DNA from: Paraglomus brasilianum
Lineage: Eukaryota
DNA length: 50,379 nucleotides
Assembly (NCBI GenBank): GCA_910592345.1
Contig: CAJVPI010000135.1
Coordinates: 1-50,379, forward strand
Reading direction: 5' to 3'
Shown here: positions 13,189 through 25,689 of the stretch, piece after piece
Layout of the letters: each line of letters starts with the position of its first letter
Numbering within the stretch: the stretch's first letter is position 1
Position numbers and translations under genes: made by a program
The notes under the pieces: generated by a model
What the model saw: only the letters and a program-made list of their open reading frames with translations
What the model was told of the DNA's origin: nothing
Databases searched by the model: none

Positions 13189-14109
13189 TCACTTTCGAGT
13201 TCGCCGGATGGTTTTCTTAACGACTTATAAAGAAATACAAATATCCGTTAATACTGAGCTTGACAATCATCACGTCCCCGCTCTCTCTTCTTTCTCGCTA
13301 TATTAATTTCCCCTTCTTACCAGGTTTCTTTTTCACCACAGCATCCCGCTCGCGTTCCCTTTCCTTTTCCCTTTCCTTTTCCCTTTCCCGCTCCCGTTCT
13401 TTTTCTCGATCTCTTTCTCGATCTCTCTCTTTTTCTCTTTCTCGCTCACGTTCCAGTCGTTGCCGTTCTTGTTCACGTTGTTGTTCTATCCGTTCTTGTT
13501 CTTCGACGAACAAACGATGATCCTAAGTAATGGGTGGTGTTCACTAATTAAAATATTATTACGATAGATACAGCTGTTATGGAGAGAAAGCAACACGCAA
13601 ATCCACGAGTCAATCATTTAAAGATTGACATATTCGTAGAGAACGCCTAACTAATATAATTGAGGAAATCTAGAATTTTCCCCAAGACTATAAAGCTACC
13701 GTAGTTTGACCTTGCCATGATGGATCTGACAGTAATCGTTGTGTGTGGAGACTCTGCGATAATACTTTTATCCATATATCGAGGAGTGTGTCTGTTTGAT
13801 CGATCGTATTTGCAAATTGCTTAACGATAAATTGTGGATTAATAACACTAAAATACGAGCCTCCACACCCGCAAATACAAGAAGACACCACCTGCAAAAA
13901 TCACCTACCTGTAATTTTCCTCTCGCTCCAATTAAGTTGTCATTTACTGCTGTAAATGTCTCATTTAGTTTAATCACCGCTTGATATTCTCTTTTTAATG
14001 CCTCTGTTTGATCTTCGTTTTGCTTTTTGGTTTCCATATTTGTTTTTGCGGGAGAGTTAGCGTTAGTTGTACGCGGATGGACAATGTCGCGATCTGCGCG
14101 CTCAGTCAT
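13189..14109 (-). CDS. DUO1: DASH/Dam1 complex subunit Duo1; exons approx 14109-13909, 13819-13700, 13522-13321, 13224-13189
   Basis: Spliced product LKREYQAVIKLNETF..TIDQTDTLLDIWIKVLSQSLHTQRLLSDPSWQGQTTD matches the Duo1 signature. An R/E-rich coiled tail follows. Confidence 0.8.
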
Positions 14110-14639
14110 GTGTCTCACAAATTGATCAATTGGAAAGAGTTGCCATAATAAGCGATGGGGGGTGTTATCTGAATTTTAGGGCCTACGTCGAGTACAGATG
14201 ACGGCATAACCCATCTCCACACATCAGTCAATGTTATCATAAAGTTCAGATATCAATTTCAAATGTTAGTATTAGGATTTGATAATCGGCGGCGCGGCGC
14301 TTAATTCGTGCCAAAGAAAAAGTTATATCTATAGCACAGGAACCTTGGAAGTTCACCCAACTACTAGAGTCCCAACGGCGGCGGAATTGTAGTTAGATCC
14401 GTCTTACTATTCAAATACATGTACAACTCCAGCATTCCGACCCTGCATTACCAACAATACATATGCAATCGATATATTGAATGCCAAAGATGGAATGTAA
14501 CTAATGTAACCAGTCACCAAGCAACAAGACCCAATTGAATGAAAAGCAAGTGTTATTGTATAGGGAAATTTAAAAGGCCATTATATTGATATAATGGATT
14601 GTAGAACTAGAACGCTTGATTTCAATACTCATAATAACT

Positions 14640-15788
14640 ATGCTCGACGACGAGAACGAATACTCACTCGCTCCAATAATCTCAAAGCTCGAATGTTGCA
14701 AACTTGCTCAAAACACGTTCATGCCAGTTGGGCATCAAGTAGCGGAAGAGATTCTCTCAGTTCTCGACGTCGAAGACCTTATATCGGTTTCTCTTACGTA
14801 TAAACCAATGCATCATTTCATAAACAACTCGTCGACGCTTTGGAAACGAATACATGCAAGACTGACTCCGGTTACTAATCACAAGATTATGGATAGTATG
14901 CTAACGTTACAGAAGTTTGCAGATACAAATGTTAACCTCGGATCCGTTTGGAAAAAACACGTATTTCAGAGACTGAGAAACAGAACGTATTACCTGTCAT
15001 ATAGTTATTGGGATGATTCCAAAGACTTTGCGATTATATTCCATGGAGCATCTTTTGATTTAAACACCGTTTACCATGAGACTATGGGATATGCTACGTT
15101 TGTAGGTGATATTGGACCACCCACAATATCGCAGTTTGTTCATCATCAAGGTCAATTGTTTGATATACAGCAAGGATTCCAAAAGTGGAGGATCGCCATA
15201 GAACCCATTGAAACCAGTTTACAAAGACCGATCAAAACCAAATACAACGATTTACTTTACATAGTGTATACATATTCAGATCGTCCAACAGACTTTCAGT
15301 TTAATTTGATGAAAACCTTTGATAATGAATTTGATGCTATTAATTACGCCAACACCATAGCTGAGGATGTCGACTCCTCGCCCCAGAACGTAGAATGCTT
15401 GGGCGAGCTATTTGATGCAAAGGTCAATTCATTAAGTCAACAATATCCAACAAGAGTGGCTGTAAATACAGCTGAATTCTGGTCAAAAGTTGATGAAGAT
15501 GAAGTAGCTAGAATTAAGAAAAATGAGCAGAAATTGTTGGGTAAATGTGAAAGTAAAAGTGAAGATGGATTAACGAAAGGTAGTGGAGAAGAAGAGGAAT
15601 GTGAAAATAGTGGTGTTGAATATACTGGTTGGTGTGGAGAAAATTCTTACAACTTGAGTGATGCAGTGTATGCATTTGATGTTATGGTAGAATCATACAA
15701 GAACAATAAGAAGAGGTCTTTTGATGAAGCCATAGGTGAGCCTGAAGAATTGCCATATAATAGAAAAGGGAAGAAAAGCAGGCATTAA
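14640..15788 (+). CDS. Intronless F-box protein with unrecognised C-terminal region
   Basis: Long open ORF. F-box-like segment MPVGHQVAEEILSVLDVEDLISVSLTYKPMHHFINNSSTLWKRI. Basic C-terminus KKRSF...RKGKKSRH. First ATG is at 14640. Confidence 0.7.
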   Translation: MLDDENEYSLAPIISKLECCKLAQNTFMPVGHQVAEEILSVLDVEDLISVSLTYKPMHHFINNSSTLWKRIHARLTPVTNHKIMDSMLTLQKFADTNVNLGSVWKKHVFQRLRNRTYYLSYSYWDDSKDFAIIFHGASFDLNTVYHETMGYATFVGDIGPPTISQFVHHQGQLFDIQQGFQKWRIAIEPIETSLQRPIKTKYNDLLYIVYTYSDRPTDFQFNLMKTFDNEFDAINYANTIAEDVDSSPQNVECLGELFDAKVNSLSQQYPTRVAVNTAEFWSKVDEDEVARIKKNEQKLLGKCESKSEDGLTKGSGEEEECENSGVEYTGWCGENSYNLSDAVYAFDVMVESYKNNKKRSFDEAIGEPEELPYNRKGKKSRH

Positions 15789-17154
15789 ATGATTCTGTTT
15801 AGCAATAATAAAAACTAAATTAATAATTGGGGTACTTTACAACGTGAACTAAATATTGAAAATTTTCCACCTTCACAGCATGAGTATGAGTCTTGTTTAA
15901 TAAGCTGTACTTTATTTACAATCTATTCACTCACTACACAAGTGAATTTAGTGTGCTTGGTATTATACCATTTAACACTTTCATAATAATCACAAATGAA
16001 TATACATGTGGCTGCCTTTAAACACAAGCTACTACTTAATCAGCAAGGTCATTTTTTAGTACGCTGTTTGAAGCTGAAAATTGAGAATATCCCTGCTCAA
16101 TATCTTCAAATGTATACTATCAGTTTCAAAGTAATGTTCCAGATGATCCCAAAGGCATTAAATCTGCCAGACTGAGCAGCCAGTATATAAAAATGCAAAG
16201 TTTGAAGGAAGGTACCGAACGTTTTTAGATGAAGCTTGCTTTCCAGTTGAGCACAGCGACACCAATATAAATGGCTTGTCGTTTCCACGGGCTTATTGAA
16301 TATCGACACGTGACACGGTGTAACTTTGCGGAAATACCAAATATAGTAATAGTATGAGGTATAACAGGTTGGTCCAACGAACAGAATGTTTGTAATTACC
16401 TAAATGCTCTCGACGCTCTGAATGATCGGAAATAAATTGAAGATGAAGTTCTAGACAATTGACGAAGCATCCTGGGCAGATATTTATTGTTTGTTAACGA
16501 GCACGAATTATTTGTTCGGAAGCACGTGTATAAGTAATTGGTTAATATACGTCTTTTGGACAAGTATGAGCTATTATGATTCCGATAAACAAACGATGAT
16601 TCTCTTATTCCTGAGTCGTGTTTGAACAGGAAGATGTCTTATTAAGAGCTTGAAAAGCTTCCTACAGTATAATGTCTGTCAGGAGAAGTAAACAATTATG
16701 CGCCTACAATGTCTGACATTATAATAAAAAATATATTGTACACATCTATATAATATTAAATGTCAGCACCAAATTACTGTACATAAAATTGCCATACATA
16801 GCAGGCAGTTTAATGGTTTTCAACACGTCAGGATGACTCATGCGAGAGGGCGGGTGCTTGCAATATACAGCTGTAAATATGCAGTGCATGCGAGTGAGAG
16901 TCAATGGTGAATTGAATTTAATGTCGATTTGTGTCGCGACAGTCAGCATTACCTAACAGAATATTGATCCTGAATTAATACACATACAAGAAATCTGAAT
17001 CGTACAGAAGAACCCTATTACTACCTCAAATTTGACATTTGCTGTCTATAATCGTTCGTTAATACAGACACACAGTCGACCATGCCATACTAACATCACT
17101 TTATCTTCAAGTTTAAATACCAAAACCTTACCATCATTGCACAGTCCCCATAAT

Positions 17155-17602
17155 TTAGTGTTCTGATGATTTTACTCCTTTGTCTGATTGTGAAAACTCC
17201 TTAAGCGCTTGTAAATCCCATACTTTTAATTTGTATTTATAATCAGCTCATTTTGACCGGTAAAACTAAATTGCAATAATCAAATCGGAGCACTCTATAT
17301 TTACTTGGTTTATCTGACTCTGCTGATTTCTTGATAGCGTCTACCAGCTTTACGTTCCTTTCATGTATCACTTCTTTATTGGCTTCATAGTCTCTCTTTG
17401 TCTCGGGCGAAAATTTCTATGCATGCGATGAGACAATTACGATCAGTGTTTGGTAGCATTCGGGTATCTATAATGGATCTCATATACATACCTTGTATAC
17501 GTCCTCTGGATTAGGAGTCGCTAGCTTCATAACCGCGTACCCGATTCCAACAATGGTTGTTCCTGCGATTAGTGTTTGAATAATGCGCTTTGATGTCGAC
17601 AT
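17155..17602 (-). CDS. CBP4: Cytochrome b / complex III assembly factor Cbp4-like; exons 17602-17492, 17416-17305, 17222-17155 (absent from the ORF track)
   Basis: Spliced MSTSKRIIQTLIAGTTIVGIGYAVMKLATPNPEDVYKKFSPETKERL...IKKSAESDKPIWDL: an N-terminal TM helix, then TP, F-S-P-E and SDKPIW motifs as in Cbp4. Confidence 0.75.
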
Positions 17603-17868
17603 TGCAAAAAGAAGAGTGCCGCAAAATGTCTTCTTAGTATGATCACATGTTTAATGATCGACGAATTAGTACTGCATAATTTGACACATATTCTATTTAG
17701 CTTGTCATACGCATTCATTATTTCCCCTAACTAATATGAACATTACTTCGCCAACCTTTGATCCGTTGATAATTCCTTTCGGGCTTTCAACGATAGAAAT
17801 ACTGTCTGATAATCTGCAGTCATATAACACCTATTTTATTGTATAATCGATATACTCTTATACTAAAA

Positions 17869-19811
17869 ATGTCCAAATATCACGCGATAAAGGATGATGA
17901 AGAATCAGTACTTCCCGGTAGCAGTTCTCAAGGCAACCGCCGGTCGATAGAACCCAGCACTCCATTATTGTCTGGCTCAAACACAGACGAAGTACAAATT
18001 GAGATTGAAGACGAGCCTGGTAGTGCTTCTTCGTTCTCTTGTGTGGTAAGTTTCCGTCATTAATGTAGCGGAATTGAAGGAAATCAATTGTGGAGAGTTT
18101 CCAGATGAGGAGACGGTCAAGTTAGGAGTTGACAGTTAAATAACATGCCGTGAATTATTAGATCATTATGGTTTAGTTACAGTGGCAAGTTAAATTGATT
18201 CCTTTTTAATATTTTCGTCTACAGATTAATTTAGCAAATACAATACTAGGCACCGGGATGCTAGCCATGGTAAGCATAAGCATACGATTATTGGAACCTA
18301 TCTAATTCCATCTTCCCTAGTCATTATTACTTACTCCATTCCATCTACTTGATCGACACAGCCAGCAGCAGTAGCTTCAGTTGGTTTAATCTTTGGTAGT
18401 CTAATGATAATCTATGCTGGTACTGCATCCGCGTTAGGATTATACTTGCTCTCCCGCGCGGCCGCCAAGACAGGAGGTCGTCGCTCGTCCTTCTTTGCAG
18501 TTTCCAAACTCACTTATCCGTGGGCAGCCATCTATTTCGACCTGGCCATAGCTGTAAAATGCTTTGGCGTCGGAACGTCGTATTTGATTATCATAGGTGA
18601 ATTGATGCCAGAAGTAGTCGCTGCTTCGGTTTGGGGAGCGGAATATGACTTGTTACTTGATCGTCGATTTTGGATCACGGTCTTCATGTTGGTCATTATT
18701 CCGTTGGCGTTTTTGAAGAAGCTCGACTCTTTAAGATATACAAGTCTACTTGCCCTGGTGGCCATTGTATACTTAATAGTTATTGTTATTTATAATTACT
18801 TTGGGCCTGATTACAGGGCTCCGCCGAGTGATAAGATACATTTTGTGCGCTTCTCGTCCAAGTTTTTTACATATTTGCCAATTTTTGTGTTTGCTTTTAC
18901 TTGTCATCAGAATGTAAGTAGTAAGGTGAATTGTGATGCGGCGAGAGTACCTGTATAAATAACATTAATGGACTTTTTTTTTTTTTGGTAGGTTTTCACG
19001 ATATACAATGAAGTGGGAGATAATAGTCAGACCAACATTAACAAGATTGTCTTTGGATCTATTGGATCTTCGGCGATGGTCTATCAAGTAATCGGTATAT
19101 TGGGATATTTGACCTTTGGTGAAGATGTGTCAGCCAATATAATATCAATGTGTACGTATTTTAGTTTTGCGCACCCGCACACATGCACGCACACGTTATC
19201 ATTAGTTCATTTATTTACATATTTACCCATTTCTTACGCATGTAATCACATGCTCATATCTATTACGTGTCTCTCACATCACTTTCAAAAGATACTCCGA
19301 ATACATTTATTACTATAGGCCGCATAGGCTTTGTAATCTGTGTTTTATTCTCGTTCCCGCTGCAATGCCATCCTTGCCGTGCATGTCTGGACAAGATCAT
19401 TTCTGCCATTACTACGAACGACACCGATGCCAACAAGCCGTCAGACTTGAAGTATTTTTTGATGACTTCGGGAATTTTGATTGCGAGTTATTTGATTGCT
19501 ATAATTGTTTCCCAGTTAGACTTGGTAAGAGGAAGGGAGGGGAAAGAGATTTTAAAGGATTCGCTAGTGACATGTAGGCAATCACTTATACTTATGGCGG
19601 TGGAATATTTTTATAGGTTCTCTCTTTTGTTGGGTCGACCGGATCAACCGCAATCTCGTTCATTCTCCCCGGATTATTTTACTACAAATTGTACCAAGAC
19701 GATCCGTGGGATAAAGAGAAAATAGTTTCAGTGTGCTTGGCCGGTTACGGTTGTGTGGTTATGGTCGTATGTCTGACTATGAACGTATTGCGTGTTTCAG
19801 CTGGACACTGA
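17869..19811 (+). CDS. Aa_trans-family vacuolar amino acid transporter (Avt5/6/7-like), about 6 exons
   Basis: INLANTILGTGMLAMP (spliced), FDLAIAVKCFGVGTSYLIIIG, LKKLDSLRYTS, FAFTCHQN, GYLTFG, FPLQCHPCR and VGSTGSTAISFILPG. Confidence 0.9.
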
Positions 19812-20372
19812 GCGGCTAATGATTAATAATTAATAATAATTAATACTGACATTAATAGAGAAAATACTTGTCAAAGTACGTTTGTTCTTAATTTCCCATG
19901 ACAAGATTCGTTGGGTGTATCTTTATTATTCATATATGGAAAGGCTGATACAATTAATACATAATGAAGTAATGTCATATATATACAAGCTTGGTGACGA
20001 ATAAACTGTCAAAACAAATTTACAAAAGCGGGATCGGCGGTCATCACTTTTCTCAGCGGTACTAAACATTCACCTCTCGATCATATCTGTATATTAAAAT
20101 TGGCGTATTGTCCTTCGCTTACGTGATTTTGGACACCTGTAATCGGTTGGTATGTCGCACAAGATCGCGTAATTGGACGCATGAGTTACGTGTAGATGTT
20201 GTTTGTAGACAAATTTTTTACATTTGTATCAAAATAGAAAGCAGGCAGGATTGGCCCCCGAAAAATCACAATCAAAATTATAGCAACTTTCTGTGATCAT
20301 CTGACGTACTAATAATATTAATCGTAAATCGCTATTTAAATGTTATTATTAAATTCGTCGTATAACAATGTG

Positions 20373-21330
20373 ATTTGCGAAAAGCTTCAATATTGACGAT
20401 TATGACATGCAATGTTCAAAAGGCTTGGTTTACAAATTTAAAAGAAGAATTGGTATTCATAAAATAACTCTCCATGGAGAGAGGCTGGGAGTGCACTGCT
20501 GGCAAATCTTGAGGAAGAAAGGTTAATCTACAAAAGGGGTTAGCCAAGTATGATCCAGAGCATATTATAATGCTGATGAGACAGGCCTATTTTATTGTAT
20601 GGAACCCAACCAAACACTAGGCGTTGGCAGCATACCAGGCCGAAAAAAAGGTGATGAAATTAAAGTTTAAACCTTAATATATTTTTTCAATTTATGACAT
20701 ATACACATTCTCCTCAATTTAGGATAAATCCTGGTTATCAGTTCTTTTGGGTTGATATCAAAGACCGCGTTGTTTCAAAAATATTAATTTGTCAACACTT
20801 CCTGTCACCTATTGTGCGAATTCAAAAGCTTGGATGAGATCAGACAATTTTCGTGATTAGGTCTGAAAATTTGACTGTTGGTGTCAAATCAAAAAAAAAA
20901 AAAATCAATGCTCTTTTACTTGTGGATAATGTGAGTTCGCATTCGCGGCTTAACGAAAAACTCTTCGTCTGTTCAAAACAACGATACAAAAGTAATCTCG
21001 TTGATACGGATGATGAGGAATCAAACCGGAGCATCTCTCAAACAAAAGTGGCACCAAAGATCAATATCCGAAGTTATAATAATAAATTAACAAACGTTAC
21101 ATTACATTATCTACCGTCTAACACCTGCAGCTGATGGATGCAGGCATCATCCACAGTTTTAAAGCAAATTACAAGCAACTATTCTGTCGTCATTTGATCA
21201 AACAATTTGATAAAGGAGTAGATACTGACAACAGGTAAAACTATTTTGTTGGCATCTAAGAATTATATATGTATTCCTTATTTTTTAATCCAAAATAAAT
21301 GTAAAAGAAACAATTGAATTTATTGATTAT
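20373..21330 (+). mobile_element. Degenerate pogo/Tigger (CENP-B-like, DDE_1) transposase remnant
   Basis: Frameshifted motifs: KFKRRIGI..LHGE, IYNADETGLFY, PRCFKN..LPVTYCANSKAWM, LLLVDNVSSH, TLHYLPSNT, MDAGIIHSFKANYK and KINVKETIEFI. No TIRs located. Confidence 0.88.
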
Positions 21331-21439
21331 GTATTTATTTTGAAAATTGACTAAGTCACACATATATGAATTATTTCTAAATTTTGTGCTATTTTTTGAA
21401 CATCACTACATATTTCACTATAATAGCCTTCAATGTAAT

Positions 21440-23590
21440 GTTGCTCATCACTATTCTTATCTGCTTTGATGTAATTTACTGCTTTTTCTTACCAATTCCA
21501 TTTTTATAGCAATAACAAGTTTATTCTGTGATCAGCATATCCTTGTCATTCACTCATCTTTTTCTATTCCAAATCCATTTGCATAGAAATAACTAAGATC
21601 ATATTGTGCTCCTTATTCAGCTGCTTTTTTATACAATTCTATTGCCTTTTGTTGATCTTTTTCTACTCCAATTCCATGTTGATAGCAGTAACCAAGATTA
21701 TACTGTGCATCAACATGTCCTTGTTCAGCTGCTTTTTGATACCACTCAACTGCCTGCTGATCATCTCTTTCTAGTCCAATTCCACTGGCATAACACAAAC
21801 CAAGATTATATTGTGCATCAACATGTCCCTGTTCAGCTGCTTTTTGATACCATTCAACTGACTGCTGATCATTTCTAATTCCAATTCCACTAGCATAGCA
21901 ATAACCAAGATTATATTGTGCTTGAGCATTTCCTTGTTCAGCTGCTTTTTGATAACATTTAACTGCCTTTTGAACATTTATTACCACTCCAATTCCATTG
22001 GCATAACACAAACCTAGATTATATTGTGCTTGAACATTTCCTCGTCCAGCTGCTTTTTGATACCATTTAAATGCCTTCTTAACATCTTTTTCTATTCCAG
22101 TTCCATTGGCATAACACAAACCTAGATTATATTGTGCTTGAACATTTCCTTGCTTAGCTGCTTTTTGATACCATTCAACTGCCTTCTGATCATCTCTTTC
22201 TATTCCAATTCCACTGGCATAGCAATGACCAAGATTATATTGTGCTTGAGCATTTCCTTGTTCAGTTGCTTTTTGATACAATTTGACTGCCTTTTCAACA
22301 TCTTTATCTATCCCAATTCCCATTTCATAACAATGACCAAGATAGTACTGTGCTGTATCATGTTCTTGTTCAGCTGCTTTTTGATACAGTTCAAATGCCT
22401 TTTCAACATCTTTTTCTACTCCAATTCCCTGTTCATAACAAAGGCCAAGCTTAGTTTGTGCATAAGGATTCCCTTGTCCAACTGCTTTTTTATACAATTC
22501 TATTGCCTTTTGTTTATCTTTTCCAACCACAACTCCTAGCCCATAACAAAGCATTCCTTGCTCATAACAAACAACTCCTTGCTCATAACAAATACCAAGA
22601 TTATACTGTGCATAAGATTGTCCTTGTTCAGCTGATTTTTGATATAATTCAACTGCCTTTTTAACATCTTTTTCTACTCCAATTCCCCATTCATAGCAAT
22701 AGCCAAGATTAGTTTGTGCATCAAGATCCCCTTGTTCAGCAGCTTTTTTATATAATTCTACTGCCTCTGGTCCATCTTTTTCAACCCCAGTTCCTAGTTG
22801 ATAACACAAACCAAGCCTATATTGTGCATCAGCATACCCTTGTTCAGTTGCTTGTTGGTATAATTCAACAGCCTTTTCAATATTTTTCTCTACTCCAATT
22901 CCATCTTCATAGCAATGACCAAGTTTATATTGTGCATCAGCATGCCCCTGTTCAGTTGCTTGTTGGTATAATTCAACAGCCTTTCCAACATTTTTCTCTA
23001 CTCCAATTCCCTCTTCATAGCAACGACCAAGTTTATATTGTGCATCAGTATGCCCCTGTTCAGTTGCTTGTTGGTATAATTCAACAGCCTTTCCAACATT
23101 TTTCTCTACTCCAATTCCCTGTTGATAGCAAAAACCAAGATTATAATATGCAGCAGCATTTCCATGTTCAGCTGCTTTTTGATATAATTCAACTGCTTTT
23201 CCAACATCTTTTTCTATTCCAATCTCATTTTTATAGCAATTACCAAGTTCATTCTGTGCATCAGCATTTCCATGTTCAGCTGCTTGTTGGTATAATTCAA
23301 TAGCCTTTTCAGCATCTTTCTCTACTCCAATTCCATGTTGATAGCAATAGCCAAGATTATACTGTGCATCAGCATTTCCATGTTCAGCTGTTTGTTGGTA
23401 TAATTCAACAGCCTTTTCAGCATCTTTCTCTACTCCAATTCCATGTTGATAGCAATAGCCAAGATTATACTGTGCAGCAGCATTTCCTTGTTCAGCTGCT
23501 CGTTTGTATAATTCAACAGCCTTTTTAATGTTTTCTTCTATCTTGATTCCATTTTCATAGCAATCACCAGGATTAGGATTATATTGCCCC
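21440..23590 (-). repeat. 108-bp tandem array encoding SEL1 repeats, with decayed units beyond the stop codon
   Basis: Neighbouring units are near-identical (e.g. repeats 2/3 around 23280-23490). Degenerate units continue 3' of the stop. Confidence 0.88.
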
Positions 23591-24601
23591 TTATTATTAA
23601 TACTAATACTAATGGCAACTAAATCAATATTACATCTTTGTCCTGTTCTTGGTAATAGAATTGTAGTGTTTGGGACATAATCTTTTTTTATTTGATAATT
23701 GAGTATATCATGACGCAATTTTCTTGGTAATAAATCATCAAATAGAAGAACTTGTTCAGGTGACATATTGAAAAATCTTATGTGAGGTATACAATCTGCT
23801 ATAATATCCTTTACTTTGTTGATGTCATGGGATGACCAATCATCTAGATCGTTTCCAAGTTCTAATTCAGATACTTGTTTAGTGGCCCATTGCACAGCTG
23901 ACATCCAAATATCATCTTCTTCCATGCTGAGGTCATCACTTTTGAGAAGATTGAGTAAAGTCTCCTTTGGTAAAGTTGCAAAAGCATTTGGTTTAAACAC
24001 AATATCTGGGTGCGGAACCATAAGTTGATTGCAATAATCCAAAAGCCCGTTCAAAGGAGCAGCAGAGAGAGCATACTTATGAACTGTAACAATATTCTGT
24101 TGAATCCATTTCTTTTGTTTCTCAATCAAATAGGCTTCAATTGCAATGAGAAGATCAAGTAGTTCCAACTTGCTAGCTCCATCCAGAAGACTAATCCAAC
24201 CTACACATTTGCATGAATCATATAAAATTTTTCCAGTATAGATAAACCTACAAAGCAAATTTATATTTGAGTTGCAATGAGCATTAATAAGCATGATATT
24301 TTAGTAATATTAATATGTTATTCATATATGAAGTTTACCTAAGCAGAATTTCGAAAACATCAGGTGACACATTTTCCAATGTCATGGCAGTCTTTTGAAT
24401 CTCTTTAGATGTCTCTGTATTTCTGGTTAAGCTATTCTCAAAGAATGAGCATTGTGTACACAATATTAGTGTATGAGCGATAAATATCTTGCTATTTGGC
24501 TCCTTTCCAACATGAATTGAAACGTCTGCATATTTGCCGCTTTCGTAAAGCTTTTCATAGGCTGATGAAAGGCGTGAGGGCAAATCAACTACGATATCCA
24601 T
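21613..24601 (-). CDS. BTB/POZ-BACK protein with 18 tandem SEL1-like repeats; exons 24601-24339 and 24247-21613
   Basis: BTB motif YADVSIHVGKEPNSKIFIAHTLILCTQCSFF..VSPDVFEILLR|FIYTGKI. BACK motif LLKSDDLSMEEDDIWMSAVQWA..IPHIRFFNMS. 36-aa repeats AQYNLGxCYxxGIGVEKDxxKAVELYQKAAEQG. Confidence 0.92.
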
Positions 24602-25689
24602 TCCGTGCAAAATTAAAAAAAAACAAAACAAACAAATCTTCGATTCATTGATATCGTTTTTTGTCGATCGTCTGTGTGACAGCAAGTATTATGGCCATAA
24701 AGTCGTACAAATATCGAACTTTTCTACGAGGTTATCCAACGCAACGCATTGTATCTATGTGTAATTTACCAGACTCAGTTTTCTGCAACGGAAGCATTGT
24801 TCTCTGTTTATACTAACTGATTTTCATCGTATAAAATATATTCAGTGACTATTGTTTCGGTAAAGATTTTATTTGTTTGTTCACCTTTGTATGTATGCTA
24901 TGCCAACAGACATAAATATTTCTCAAATGCTATCGTAAACAAATGTTATCCTTATTCACTACAAGACTTCTAGTTGACGTGATTTTGTCCGATTTAGAGG
25001 TTCCAGTGCTGTACAAGCGGGGTGATCAGCTGTTATTAGGCGAACATAGGTCTCGACGCTGCAAGTCCAGCCATACTCAATTATGAGCAAGTATGTAAAC
25101 TTCATCTTACAGAATAGCTATCATTGAAACTGCACCCAATCTTGTGCCTACTAATGTGCACCTGTCCAATGACCAGTACCGAAATGAGAATAATATGGGT
25201 TCATTGATCAAAAGTACTGTGAATTAGCAATTAGTAATCGTGCGGGAGAGGTGATATTTGTAACAGCTTGAATCGGATCACTATATAGTTTCGTCTTACA
25301 ATGCAGCAATGTGAAAACGTGTTGTTTCGCTACTTTTGAAGGGCGGATCTTTATACATACCATTGCTAATTTGCGCGAAACTATAATGTCCGACTATCTA
25401 CAGTTAGATATTATTGTAATTCCCGTAAGCTATCAATCACCGCTTAGGACGCACAAGAATAGAAATATTATTAGAACAGCAATCAACAATTATTTTTACA
25501 GAACATTGATAAAGAAGGGACGCGTTTTAAGGGATCGTTGTCAAGTCGATGAAGTTGGTCCAATATACTAAAATCTTATTTATTGGTTATAGTTACTTTA
25601 ACTCTGGTTAACACAACACATATACACATTGACAAAAAACATACTTTATGTATATGCAAAGTCAATCATGTTGAATTTCAGTCCATATG

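Noticed and set aside
13260..13520. Plus-strand SR-rich ORF resembling a splicing factor
   Set aside because: It is the antisense reading of the RE-rich Duo1 exon.
16350..16750. Possible decayed coding sequence between the F-box gene and CBP4
   Set aside because: Many stops and no recognisable motif. Cannot be supported.
21606..23303. Plus-strand repetitive ORFs and a CRISPR-like periodicity
   Set aside because: These are antisense shadows of the 108-bp SEL1 coding repeat. There are no unique spacers and the context is eukaryotic.
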